From contig OX597814.1 in assembly GCA_951406725.2 (NCBI GenBank), positions 161,572,001-161,636,000 of the forward strand: a stretch of 64,000 nucleotides of DNA, in the 5' to 3' direction. This document shows, piece after piece, positions 1-12,139 of the stretch. Every line of letters begins with the position of its first letter. Positions within the stretch are counted from its first letter, which is position 1. Made by a program: the position numbers and the translations under genes. The notes under the pieces were generated by a model. That model was not told the DNA's origin. It searched no databases and saw only the letters and a program-made list of their open reading frames with translations. This DNA comes from Octopus vulgaris. Its lineage: Eukaryota.

Positions 1-1336
1 TGCATTGATGTATATCTAATTGTTTATTTATTATATCTGTAGATTGATACACACACACGCATGCGCATACATACAAACACAGACACAGAATTTTTTTAAA
101 TGTATAAAACAATCAAGAAACTAACTATACACCTATATGCACAAGGATTTATCTCTGGTAATGCATACACATCTTAGAAACACACAGTTTGTCAGTATAT
201 ACTCTGGTACACACAAAATTCTGTTTCTCTAAACCTACATCATTTAATACAGTTGTAGGAAAATATATAAATATGAAGCTAAACAACCATATCATTGATA
301 TGAATTAGAATTGCTATACCTAAATGGATAGAAGAGCTATTGACTTATTATATTACACAGCGGCTTGTTAAACATTGACAGTTATTTATATATATTAGTA
401 AAAAAATAATTCAACCTATTTTCCCTTATCACTTACATTGTTTCAAGAACTAATCTTCGAAGTTTGCATGTTTTTAATGGATCTTTTAAATACAATTTTT
501 CCCAGTTGACCTGATCTTTTCATCACTTGGCCTTTTGAAGCCTAACATCCAGAGATATGAACTCTCTACATAATCCTTGGTCTTTTGCTCCCACAGGTAT
601 CTTTCACTGATAGCATGCAGCATTCATTTGTAAATGCTCATAATAGCTCAGTCATCCATGCTGCAAACATCGACAAATACATTTAATGCCTTGCTGCTCT
701 CCTAGCTTACTTATACTTCACCTTTTGTACAAGCCAACATCACACATCCAACAAATAAGGCTCGCTTCAATTATCACTAACTTATGCGGATCTAAAGTAA
801 CCAATTCCCAGGTCACACTAGCATGAAGCATCACACTCCTTAAAGGATGAACATAGTCTGAGAGAGAGGAAAAAGAGAGACCCTTTATTGCCTAAAGTGA
901 CAACACCTCTCTGACTGCCTTTCACCACCTCTTTAGCTATCATGTTCACATTACAAAAATCTCTAGTACTAATAATGTCACCTAAATAGCAAAAACCTAT
1001 CAAATACTGCTAGTAGGTCATCTCAGCAGTCCATTGGTTCATAGAGTCCCTTTCATGAATGCCTCTACTACTAATTATTTCTATAGCCTTCATTTTCAGC
1101 TAGTCTAACTGAGATTCAAACAGATGCTTATATAACAGCATCTTGGAATTTGAGAGGAGTAACATTCTGGAGAGTAAGGATTGAGCATAGTGGTTAGGGT
1201 AAGATCTGAGACACTATGGCTGAACAAAAGGAAGAGAGATGAAGGAATAAAGTAGAAAAAGACCAGCTACCCCCAAAGAGAAGAGGTTACAGTTGTAGCA
1301 GCAGAAACTCAGAAAGATAGGGAGGAAAGAGAGAAA

Positions 1337-1339
<3 letters not shown>

Positions 1340-1382
<43 letters not shown>

Positions 1383-1387
1383 TGTGT

Positions 1388-1468
<81 letters not shown>
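1340..1468. repeat. (GA)n microsatellite
   Basis: Interrupted GA dinucleotide run; explains the SLSL low-complexity ORF at 1287-1490. Confidence 0.95.
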
Positions 1469-1472
<4 letters not shown>

Positions 1473-2236
1473 GTTCATCTGTGGATTCAATTTTTTTTTA
1501 TATCCATTAGTTAATATACTGAATGATTTTTCATCCTTAACCTGTCATGTCATAATTTCTTACAATAAAAACATAATGCAGAAATAAAGGAGATTTCAAG
1601 AATGAAATATACTTATGTCTGTGATTTATCACACTCAACAGATTAAAGAATTTGATTGACAATTGAAATTGAAATTATTTTATCATTTATCACTAAGAAA
1701 CATGAACAGTAAAAGAACTCAACAATTTTAAATATTGTCAGTGAAAACCCTAATACAGGCCTTACATTTGCCAATTTGGTATGGCTTTTAACTTTATTTT
1801 AGTTATACACATACACACTTTCTCCAGAACTCTTTTCATTTCTTTCAAATGAAAGATCTCATCTAAAATGTTTTATCTGTTGGTTTTGAGAGTTTTTTCC
1901 CTGATGACACATTAATATACTCTTTGTTCATATGTCTCATTCATACATGCTTAAAACACTTCAGCCACTGGCCCACAGACATGCTGTCCCTTCATTCTAC
2001 CACAACTGTTAATGGTCTCTACTCTTTCAAGCTAACAGATCTTGTGTCACCACCAATCAGGCCCACCTAACTCATTAGTTTCTCATTTCTTAATCATCCA
2101 CATTCTATCTACCCCAACACCCATACTAACCACTAACCCAGTTGTTACTCCAGAAAATATTAACTCTCTGGAATTCTTTTCCTGCCTGTGTATTATGTGT
2201 AACCCTCAACTAGCAGCTTCTTATGTAGAACATTAA

Positions 2237-2457
2237 CTCTTTAGTGTTTAAACTGGCAAAATCCGGCCCAATATATTCTACATATTTTATACTCAAACTG
2301 GCCATATCTAGCCTCTCACACCTAACCTACATTGACATTCTAAAAATAAGCTATCACATCATTGAAACCTCAAAGCGATAAGGTAATGCATGATTAATTC
2401 AAAACAATTTAAATAAAAAAGCCTTACATTTAACAGAGTAATCTGAACACTAAAGGG
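2237..2457. mobile_element. piggyBac-type MITE, family P1
   Basis: TTAA at 2233-2236 and 2458-2461; terminal inverted repeats CTCTTTAGTGTT / AACACTAAAGGG; homologous copies at ~43562-43786 and ~36967-37048. Confidence 0.8.
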
Positions 2458-3329
2458 TTAACATTATTTCTCCTATATCTGAGAGGGTCTGTGATGGCTG
2501 AGTAAAACACCTTCCTCAAGAATAAACTATTAAAAACAAAAGGAAAAAAATATGAATGACTATGTTCATTTAATGTCCTTACTCCATTTAGCAAAATGAT
2601 GACCAGGAAGCTACCTCAATTGCTAAATAGTTGCAACATCCAAATCTATCTGAGCTGAAATAATATAACCAAATTTGTAGAATCCTCCACTCTACAACTA
2701 TTTGGAAAAAGGTGGAGAGCCATTATCTGAAATTCCAATAATATTAATAAATCTCTTTGGATTTTAATCAGAAAATAACAATGACCAGAATGATTAAGAT
2801 AAAACCCTTCAAAACTTTGGTCATCAAACTTCCTTTAATTTAAAATATGAATAGTTTCAGCAACAATATAACTTCCTATACCTACTTTATCAAAATCGCT
2901 CCGCTATTATTTCTGAATCACAACTATGTTTGACATCATACTAGCCTTCAGTTACTTCCACCAATACTTAAACAGTAGCTAATTTCACATTACACAGTCT
3001 TTAATATCTACATGATTACTATAATAAATTCGATTAAATTGATTTTTTGAATGGAAATTTGTTAAGATGATGAGGTGGGAAGCTAGCTAATAGCTAAATA
3101 TGAACTTCTGTATAAGATTTATATCTAATTTGCCAATTTATAAATCAGCAGTTTCTAAAAGATTGTTAGTTGTAGTTGACCAACAAGTTGATGTGATGAA
3201 GGAATGACAGTTGAAGTGTTGGTTAGTAGTTCATATTCTCTCATTTCTATTGTGCTACATCAGTAGTTGTGACAACATTCAGTGGCTTGGCATGCTTAAT
3301 AAATAAACTGAAGAGAGAAGGTAGCCTCT

Positions 3330-3510
3330 ACATTGTTGTTTAACTAGTTAGTAGTAGCAACTAAATCTCACTCATTATCACATCCTAATATCTTAGAAAA
3401 GAACACATTGGCTAATGTAGTTCAATGATCTGTGTATGGGAAAAGACAGGATGGTGGTGACTGGAATATCTTTGAGCATAATTGTGCTCCAACTCTAATT
3501 GGGATTCCAA
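3330..3510 (+). repeat. Dispersed ancient retroposon 3'-end repeat ((AAC)n-tailed family)
   Basis: Motif 'ggatggt..gactggaatatctttga.cata' recurs at ~13165-13300 (+), ~15040-15250 (-), ~28880-29015 (+), ~55065-55170 (-) and ~63500-63700 (-). Family not identified. Confidence 0.5.
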
Positions 3511-3949
3511 CCATGACTAGGTGTAACTCATTAATCTGTTATTTCAGATATACCAATCTCTGTTGAGTTGAAGACCAAAGTGCACACTCCAATATACAGC
3601 ATTACAGTCTGAACATGTATTTTGTCTACCTTCCTGTCTGTTTCTGTACTGCTGTACATGTTAAAGCTAAATTTGATGAATTTTTATGTCTCCATTTTTC
3701 AGGAACAGCTTGATGTATTAATGAACAGTCAATAATGTTGGAGATGATAAAGATTAAAGTTGTAGTTGAAGAAAAGTTGGCTGACACGGAGGGCTGTAAG
3801 CTATTTGAATATTGGAAAATCGTTACCTGTATCACGATGATTCGAAATAAATATCAAAATACCAACATCATGACTGCTATTCAATGCTCTGTGAACTCTG
3901 TAAAGGCTGTAAGATGTGACATGGACATCTGTAATGGAGACTACTAAGC

Positions 3950-4790
3950 CTCAGCCAGCAGGAAAGAACACAGCAGGTATTCTAATTATGTTTACATGCA
4001 GGAAGTCATCTAGCAACTGCTGGACAAGGTGATGGAAAATTTGAACAAGAAAATCTGGGCTTTGATGAGAGAAAGATGGGTGTTGGAGTAGCTACCATGA
4101 AGTTGGCCCTGAATGGGGATCTTCACAATTACTTGTAAAAGTGGTGTAAGGGGGAAATCCTAACAGTCAAGGCCAAGGAAAACTGTTTGATAAAGCCAAA
4201 GAAGCTGAGGATCCTATTGAGCTGGGGATGATTCGGTTATTCTCAGAGGAAAAGAACTCCTGCCAGATCAGTTGCACAACACCCAAAACAACTGGTGGCT
4301 TGCCTACAATAAATGTGAAGTCCCATGTATCATGTAAACCAAGTTCCCCCAAACTGTGATAGCCTGTGGGAGTGTCTCCAGTGACAGTGACGTCATGCTA
4401 TCTCTCATCTTTGAACAGGACCTTTGGCTCAATTCAGATGGCCATGTAAAGCTGTTGGGGACTGTGGTCAAACCCTGGCTAGAGAGGGTTACTGCTGGAA
4501 GGCCATATGAGTGACAACAGGATTTGACTCCTTACCTTACCTTTGCAAAGAGTCAGAAGTGGTTGTTGGAGAATTTCTATAATTTCACCAGCTCCAGATT
4601 GTGGCCTCTCTGTTCCACCGATTGCAATCCAATGGATTACTATGTGTGGGGCATGGTTGAGAAAGACACCAACAACTCCGCTTGCAACACAAAGGCTGAG
4701 CTGGTGGCCAAGATCAAGGAGGTGTTTGACGTCCTGTAGATTCTGGTGTGAGCCACAACAGAGCTGGGTAAAGTGGATTCTCAAAAAATA
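3950..4790 (+). mobile_element. Decayed Tc1/mariner-superfamily (maT/DD37D-like) transposase remnant
   Basis: ORF 4524-4739 contains WPLCSTDCNPMDYYVWGMVE, matching the WPxxSPDLNPxDYxVW C-terminal DDE/D motif. Upstream parts are frameshifted; boundaries approximate. Confidence 0.75.
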
Positions 4791-5531
4791 TCAGTTGTTT
4801 TCCCTTTGTATCAATCATTTGTAGTGTGCATGCTAGCACAGTCTTGATGCAAATGGTATCTGTGTTTGTATTCTATTTGTATCTGTGTTTGTATTCTATA
4901 GGAGAAAATTTACATTTTTGAAGTCTGTATTTTTACATTAATCACAATTGTGTGCCATTAGTCATTATCATGAAATCAAAATTTTCATGGTTTGATTAGT
5001 ATTCAAACCATAATTACTCTGTCTTTGTTTCTGATTTGCTATATTCAAGACTACTTCCATATATTCCTCTATTATTAAGATAGTAGGGTCAACTTTGAAA
5101 GAAATTGAATCAAAACAGAAGTGCTCACATTGGCTCAGAGTAATATAGCTCAACATTAAAGCCTGTGAGAACACTATAAATCAATCCGTTTAATGTTTTA
5201 TTAGCTTAAAATCCAAAGTTTAAAATTTCATGGGTTTCATTTAGAACTGGATGGACATCACCAGGATAAATGCACAACATAAAGAGGAAGTTTACTATGT
5301 TGCTCCAATGAGATTCTCCAAGCATAAATATTCAGTGATGCTCTAATGAGATTTTTCATGATCAAAAAGAAAATTGTGTGAAATTATAATGAAATTTGAG
5401 TGAGCATTGACTGCATTGTAGTGAAATGTCTCTGTAGTGTGGAGCCAAAATGCTTTCCTAAAATCCCATGCTAAGATTCTTCGAATCTAATGTATTCATT
5501 AATATCAAAAATAAAAAATTTAATCACTCAC

Positions 5532-5630
5532 CAGTACTTTGACAACTGCTTCATTGCCATCTGCTACAGCTAAATGTAAGGCTGTTCTCCCCTCATAATC
5601 CTGCCAATTGATTACACTAGGAGCAGTTTC
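5532..5630 (-). CDS. INVS: Inversin-like ankyrin-repeat protein, internal coding exon (33 aa: ETAPSVINWQDYEGRTALHLAVADGNEAVVKVL)
   Basis: Minus-strand acceptor atttcttctacAG and donor GTGAGT; 99 nt, phase 0/0. Peptide matches the recalled vertebrate inversin segment NWQDYEGRTPLHFAVADGNVTVVDVL and follows in frame from exon 38695-38796. Confidence 0.92.
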
Positions 5631-6267
5631 CTGTAGAAGAAATGTATATAGAAATATATATATAGGAAATTTTGAATGCAGAACAGCTGTGAATACAGCT
5701 TAGAAGATTGGGTAAATACCCTTTAGAAGACAGATAAAAGTGGCCAGCAACCCTGCAACTCTCAAGTTCTGGCTGAACACTTTGTAACATTAAGCTAAGT
5801 GACCCCTTTCCTCCTTCTGGAATTTGAGAAGTCCAGGGTTCGACTCTCTGTAGTGGCTTTCTGTAAAGTACGAACTCATTTGGTACGTTAAGTTTGTTTA
5901 TACACACACACACACATGAAGGTATGTATATGGATACAGTTTCAATTACTTGTTTACTGAATTAATGAGTAAATGGCTGGATATTTAACAATCATGTGTT
6001 TCCTTAAGATAAATCTCAGGTAGAATCAGTATGATAGTGTGTGGCATGGCTGTGCTTTTGAACCATCTGTCTGATGGTTCTCTCTATGGTTTCTATCTAC
6101 ACAGTTTCACTCATAAATTATGGATTGACCAGAAAATATAAACGATAACAATTGCCTAAGATGCCACAATAGGATCTAACTTGAAACCTCATAGTTGTGA
6201 AGTGGACTTCTTAAACATTCAACAGTGTATGTTTGTGAGTATGTGTGTATATGTGTAAATGTATATA

Positions 6268-6977
6268 TTGGGTCATCCCATAAATAATGCGGTTTTTTCA
6301 ATTGTATGAACTAAAAGTCAGAGAGGGATGGGATAAACTACCTGCATCAATTTGCTCTAAAAGCAGGTAGTACTTTTACCTTGTACTTATTCTTAATGCA
6401 AGTTTTGAAGAGTGCAGTTTGATTTTAACAGTTATTTTTTCAAAATTATTATGGAAGTGACAAAGGAGCACATTTGGCATATTTTGCTTTATGAGTTCAA
6501 TAAAGGCAATGGTGTAATGGAAAGTGTGAGGAATATTAATGCAGTATATTGGGGATTGGACAGTAAGTGTAAGCCAGTGTCAGCGGTGGTTCCAGAAATT
6601 CTGAGCCAGAAATTACAGCCTAGAAAATGAGCCTCATCCATCCTGAAAGATCTGTAGAAATCAAAAAAGACATCCTGCAAATCCTGGTGAAACAAAATCC
6701 CATCATAACTGTTGAGGAACTAACAGAAAAGCTTGGACTTGGTCATTCAACCAGTCATTGAAGTCAACACTAGAAGAAAAGCAACCATCTTTCAAGACGA
6801 AAGGTATTCTTCCATCAGGTTAATGCTCGGCCACATACAACAAGGATGACATTCCAAAGGCTTGAGCAGTTTGAATGAGAAACGATGCCCCACCCACTAT
6901 TTTCACCAGACATTGTCCCATCAGATTATCATTTATTCTGCAGTCTTCAAAATCATCTGGACTGAAAAAATATGAAT
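6268..6977 (+). mobile_element. Internally deleted mariner element
   Basis: TA followed by TIR TTGGGTCATCCCATAA; N-terminus MEVTKEHIWHILLYEFNKG; later FHQ.NARPH-like and SPDIVPSDY-like motifs with frameshifts; right end missing. Confidence 0.85.
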
Positions 6978-7075
6978 TTAGCAGCCTTTCATAGTGGCAC
7001 TTCCATGCCTCTTTCTTAGCAGAACCATTAACTGCAAGTGAATCATCATCCATGCAAACATACTTCTCTCCAGCT
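6978..7075 (-). mobile_element. RTE LINE ORF fragment (pre-RT region)
   Basis: EKYVCMDDDSLAVNGSAKKEAWKCHYERLLN resembles the RTE 'W..YFE.LLN' linker. Confidence 0.65.
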
Positions 7076-7107
7076 TCATAATTTTCTCTGCCACACTGTC
7101 TTGCAAA

Positions 7108-7525
7108 CATTTTTTTATTGTTAATTGTTTTGATTATTTGTTGACCAGTAGAGTGTTTTGGTTGGCTTATTTTCTACTTAGGTAATTTTGTTGTTGCCAA
7201 AGGACTTGCTAACCTTGTTTCAGTTTCATTGTCACTAAGTGTTCTGGTTGGCTGATTCCCTTACTAGGCCACTGGTTCAATTGGTTTGATGTTTTATTTG
7301 TTTTTTTCCAGATCATCAAACGATTTCATTGGTTCAGGAAAAAGCAAATATACATGGAACTGACTGAACCAGTGGTCTCTTAAGGGAATCAACTAACTGG
7401 AACACTGGGTAACAATCAAGCTGAAACAGGTTACCAAATCCTTTGACAATAACAAAACAACAGCAGAAAATAAACCAACTAAAGTACTCTACTGGTCAAC
7501 AAATAAAGCTATCAACAAAGAAATG
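7108..7525. repeat. Imperfect foldback palindrome with ~190-bp arms
   Basis: ttatttgttgaccagtagagt (7134) pairs with actctactggtcaacaaataa (ends 7506); inner pairs gattcccttac/ttaagggaatc and ccactggttca/tgaaccagtgg; centre ~7320. Confidence 0.85.
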
Positions 7526-7636
7526 ATGTCACCATGAAGTTAACTAACCAAAATGCCAAAACCAAAATATTTGACCAAAATATCCATGAAATCAAATGGA
7601 GAAAAACAAATGATGTCATCAAATTTACAACCAATA

Positions 7637-8398
7637 AGAACTTGATCCTTTGCCATAAACACACACACACACACAGAGCAATTCTACATGATAGTGAAAG
7701 ATGGACCTTGAATGCAGAGGACATGTGAAGATTAGAAAAGAATGAGGCTAGTATGCACTGCTGGTTGTGTAATGTAAGTGTACATGTTTGAGAGGGAACT
7801 AGTGTTCTGAGAGAGAAGTTAGGCATAAGAGGAATTGTTGTTGTGGGCAAGAGAGAAGACTGCACTGATTTTGTCATGTGATGCAGATGGATGCCGACAG
7901 CTCCATAAAGAAGTGCTGATCTCTCAAAGTAGATGGAACACATGGAAGTGGGAGACCCAAGAAGACGTGGGATGAAGTACTGAAAGACAATCTCAGGAAG
8001 CTGAACCTCTCAGGCAATATAATAAAAGACGGAAATACCTGGTGCCTTGCTGTACTCAAGAAGACCTGTACACCACAGCAGTGTTAAGACTGATCATTCT
8101 GGTGATGTAAAGCATTTGTGGCAGTTCCACGTAAAAGCACCTATGTGACAGCACATAAAAGAGCCCATCTGGTGACATGTAAGAGTGCCTATGAAGTGCT
8201 ACATAAAAGTGCCTGTGCAGCACCACACAAATGTGCCTTATAGTGCCAAGTAAAAGCACCCAGCACACTTTATAAAGTGGTTGGTGTTAAGAAAGGCATC
8301 CAATCATAGAAACCTTGCCAAGTCAGACTGGATTATGGTGCAGCTCCCCAGCTTGCCAGCTCTGGTCACACTGTCCAACCCATGCCAGCATGGACAAT
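7637..8398 (+). mobile_element. RTE LINE 3' fragment with 3' UTR minisatellite
   Basis: AILHDSERWTLNAEDM and GRPKKTW motifs; ~20-bp tandem repeats at 8105-8265; RTE tail 'gtggttgg..aagaaaggcatcc..ccaacccatgccagcatgga'. Confidence 0.85.
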
Positions 8399-8687
8399 TT
8401 TAACTTAAAACATTTTGAATTTTCACAAGTAAAAACAGTGAATAATGGCAAAGAAACCTTCCTCATGCACCATGACAGAAATTGTAAAAAAATGCTTTTT
8501 CTTTCTCCCTATTTTTTCTTTTATTCTTTTATTTAACTGCAACCATGATGGAGTACCACCTTTAGTCAAATAAATTTACCCCAGGATTTATTCTTTTGAC
8601 CAACTGCTAAGTTACAGGGACGTAAACGCATTAACATCGGTTGTCAAGTGATGGTAGGGGGACAAACACAGACACACAAACATATAC

Positions 8688-8721
<34 letters not shown>

Positions 8722-8725
<4 letters not shown>

Positions 8726-8881
8726 GGAAAGTTTATGAAAATAAACAAAAGACAAAGGCAGGTGGTGCACAAACAAACAAATGTATTAGTATAGCGCTCA
8801 GGAATAGAAAAAGTCTTTTACGTTTCGAGCCTATGCTCTTCCACAGAAAGATACACAGAAAAAAAACAAGGAGAGAAACAA

Positions 8882-8884
<3 letters not shown>
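8722..8884 (-). mobile_element. Penelope-like (PLE) 3'/pLTR fragment in (TA)n with variant hammerhead fold
   Basis: Flanked by (TA)n on both sides; minus strand reads TCTTT-CTGTGGA-A-GAGC(ATAG)GCTC-GAAAC-GTA-AAAGA; homologous to 18150-18283 (+). PLE assignment is inferred from the ribozyme type. Confidence 0.6.
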
Positions 8885-8941
<57 letters not shown>

Positions 8942-8959
8942 GTATATGTTTGCGTGCAT

Positions 8960-9407
8960 TGTGAGTGGATTTGTTGACAGAAACTGAAAAAAGCTGTTGT
9001 ATGTATGCACAAGTCTATATGTGTGTCTTTGCATCTGGGTTTGTCTCCAAACACCACTTGACAACTGGTGTAGGTGTATTTATGTCCTTGTAACCTAGTG
9101 GTTTGACAAAAGAGAATGATAGAATAAGTACTAGACTTTAAAAACATAAGTTTTGAGGTCAATTTGTTCAACTAAAATTCTACAAGGTAGTGTCTCAACA
9201 TGGCTGTAGTCTAATAACATGAACTTAGTAAAAGATAAATATATAGGCACAGGAGTGGCTGTGTGGTAAGTAGCTTGCTTACCAACCACATGGTTATGGG
9301 TTCAGTCCCACTGTGTGACACCTTGGGCAAGTGTCTTCTACTATAGCTTTGGGTTGACCAAAACCTTTTGATTAGATTTGGGAGATGGAAACTGAAAGAA
9401 GCCCATC

Positions 9408-9410
<3 letters not shown>
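8960..9410 (+). mobile_element. Two adjacent SINE-A pieces (body/tail, then tRNA head)
   Basis: Head ggcacaggagtggctgtgtggtaag..ggttcagtccc and CORE-like gtgacaccttgggcaagt at 9245-9410; tail catggctgtagtctaa before it. Confidence 0.8.
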
Positions 9411-9475
<65 letters not shown>

Positions 9476-9529
9476 GTGTGTGTGTGTGTGCATGTGCATG
9501 TGTGGGTGTGTGCGTGTGCACGTGTGTAT

Positions 9530-9574
<45 letters not shown>

Positions 9575-9577
<3 letters not shown>

Positions 9578-10154
9578 TTAGAACCACACTAATAACTTAG
9601 GAGTGAAATTTAGGATTTCTTGGTTTTCTGTGAATCGATTTTGATAAAACTTTTCCCTGCTGGTTTGCACATTATGACAATACCATTGTTATATTTTCAA
9701 TACTCTGTATAATGACCTTTCTTTTTTATTTCAGATTCTTCTTTTGAATGAAAATAGTCCATCTAGACTTTTCTTTTTCAGAAAATGAAGGGTAATGATA
9801 CATATTAAACGTACATTGAGTATATATTTATGTCAATAAATGTTATAATATTATTATGATTTTCTGCTAAATATATACTCAATGTATGCTTAATATGTAT
9901 CATTACTCTTCATTTTCTGGAAAAAAAAAAAAAAAAAAAAACCATCTAGATGGGCTATTTTCATTCAAAAGCATGGTTTACTCAAAAACTGAAAAATCTG
10001 AAATAAAAAGTGAAAAGACATTACACAGGATAATGAAAATATAACAATGGTGTTGTTATAATGTGCAAACCAACTGAAAAAAGTTTTATCAAAATTGATT
10101 CACAGAAAACCAAGAAATTCTAAATTTCACTCTTAAGCTATTAGTGTGGTTCTG

Positions 10155-10158
<4 letters not shown>
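9575..10158. mobile_element. Foldback MITE with ~255-bp TIRs in (TA)n
   Basis: Arms 9575-9830 and 9868-10158, 37-bp spacer; CA...TG ends (cacttagaaccacactaa / ttagtgtggttctggatg); TA runs on both sides. Confidence 0.85.
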
Positions 10159-10190
<32 letters not shown>

Positions 10191-10302
10191 CGTGACCAAC
10201 CTAGCTATCAGATGTTGTTACACATCGCTGGCCACAATGCACTTTGCATTGTTTTAGCCTTCAAATGACACCACCCCACTGGCTAAGTGAGCAGGCCAAT
10301 AT

Positions 10303-10342
<40 letters not shown>

Positions 10343-10500
10343 ATGTTTAATGTCTGCTTTCCATACTGGCATGGGTTGGAGGGTTTGACTGAGGACTGGC
10401 AAGTCAGGAGGCTGTACCAGGCTTCAATCTGTTTCTATAGCTGGATGTCCTTCCTAACACCAACCACTCCAAGATTGTAGTGGGTGCTTTTTATGGGCCA
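10303..10500 (-). mobile_element. RTE 3' tail with (GAT)n end
   Basis: (CAT)n followed by tttaatgtctgctttccatactggcatgggttgg, the reverse complement of the RTE tail. Confidence 0.8.
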
Positions 10501-10914
10501 TGTATGTATATATGTATATATATAGCTAAATAAGGGCGAGGGCCAAATACATTGAAAGTAACATTTCATTGCATACAATTTCTTGAAAGACCATCTGAAA
10601 ACAGAATATAATTAGTTTAATTCTGGTCGAAATATCATGTGAATTTCTCTATGGAAAATCCTGTCTATTTCTATAATTCATAGTCAGTTTTCATATCTAC
10701 ACAAAAATTTATCCTAAATTTATTGCATTTCATGAAATAAAGATTTTTGTTCTTTTATGAATTAATTGGTGAACTGTTAAAAAAGACTAGATACACAACT
10801 ATTCTGAAGTAGAGACAATAATGCACTGAGGTAGTTTAGTACATTAGCTTATACATCTATATACATTCATATACACACAAACTGCTCACCAGATCTCCCT
10901 CTCTCTCTCTCTTT

Positions 10915-11290
10915 ATCTTTTACTTGTTTCAGTCATTTGACTGTGGCCATGCTGGAGCAGTGCCTTTAGTCAAGACAATCGACCCCAGGACTTATTCTTT
11001 GTAAGCCTAGTACTTATTCTATCAGTCCCTCTTCCTGAACCACTAAGTGACGGGGATATAAACATACCAGCATTGGTTGTCAAGCGATGTTGGGGGGACA
11101 AACACAGACACACAAACATATACATACAAACACAGACACACACACACACACACATATATATACGATGGGCTTCTTTCAGTTTCCGTCTACCAAATCCACT
11201 CACAAGGCTTTGGTCAGCTTGAGGCTATAGTAGAAGATGTTTGTCCAAGATGTCAAGCAGTGAGACTGAACCCAGAACTATATAGTTGGA
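10915..11290 (-). mobile_element. SINE-A (tRNA/CORE-type, internal microsatellite)
   Basis: Nearly full copy collinear with 45071-45462. Confidence 0.88.
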
Positions 11291-11441
11291 GGAGGGAGGC
11301 ATGACTAGGTGTTGTCATGGTTTTGGCTCAGTCCTACATACAGCGTCTTCCTTGAAAAAGCATCTTCTACTGCCAGCCTAAGTCAGCCAAACTCTTTTGA
11401 GTGGGTTTGGTAGACAGAAACTGAAAGCTGCCCATCATATG

Positions 11442-11481
<40 letters not shown>

Positions 11482-11492
11482 CACACACATAC

Positions 11493-11527
<35 letters not shown>

Positions 11528-11529
11528 CA

Positions 11530-11702
11530 GGTAATGGCGAATTTCTGCTGACTCTTTCGCCACAACTTTTTCTCACTCTTTCCTCCTGCATCTTGCAGCT
11601 CACCTGTGATGGACCGGTGTCCCATCCAGGTGGGGAATCTATACTCCACCGAACTTGGAAACCGGCCCTTATGAGCCAGGTATAGCTCGAGAAGGAACAA
11701 AC
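11530..11702 (+). mobile_element. 3' part of a further SINE-like element after (GATA)n
   Basis: GC-richer island with cctgtgatggaccggtgtcccatccagg, reminiscent of conserved V/Meta-SINE body motifs. Confidence 0.45.
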
Positions 11703-11963
11703 TATATAACTATATGTGTGTGTGCACATATATATATATATATATATATATCATTTATGTGAAATAGAAAGATGAATAATCTTGTTGCAGATTAATCAAA
11801 AGTTTAACCGATACCTTGGTAGCAAAAATCACAGCAGAAGACAGCACGGTTGGAGGTACAACCATATGGTGTTGCAACCGTGTGTTGGTGCGGATAATTG
11901 AATTTTAATATTATTAGTGAATTGAAGAAATGGAGTTGAACGAAGATTGAACAGAAATCGTTT

Positions 11964-12056
11964 TATTTCATTCTACACGTGTTTCGAAAGGCACAATTTA
12001 CCAAATTCCGATTGAATAATGAGACCATATTGTGTCTTTCTCTTCAGGAAGAAATA
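11964..12056 (-). ncRNA. Type I hammerhead ribozyme (minus-strand copy, sense to INVS pre-mRNA)
   Basis: Exact reverse complement of 12140-12232. Confidence 0.8.
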
Positions 12057-12139
12057 GGAAATCCGTTGGAAAAAACAAAAACAGAACAGAGGCGGAGCAT
12101 CCCCCTCTGTTCTGTTTTTGTTTTTTCCAACGGATTTCC

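Noticed and set aside
4856-4899. 23-bp-period tandem duplication gtatctgtgtttgtattctat
   Set aside because: Simple slippage duplication with no further structure.
8641-9600. Many ORFs with YIYI/VCVC/HTHT runs (also ~21100, ~29400, ~30200, ~46900, ~55400)
   Set aside because: Translations of TA/TG/CA microsatellites, not genes.
10575-10650. Possible fourth hammerhead (GACCA...TGGTC-GAAA)
   Set aside because: Stem II and GAAA are present but there is no CUGANGA, and stems I and III cannot be built convincingly.
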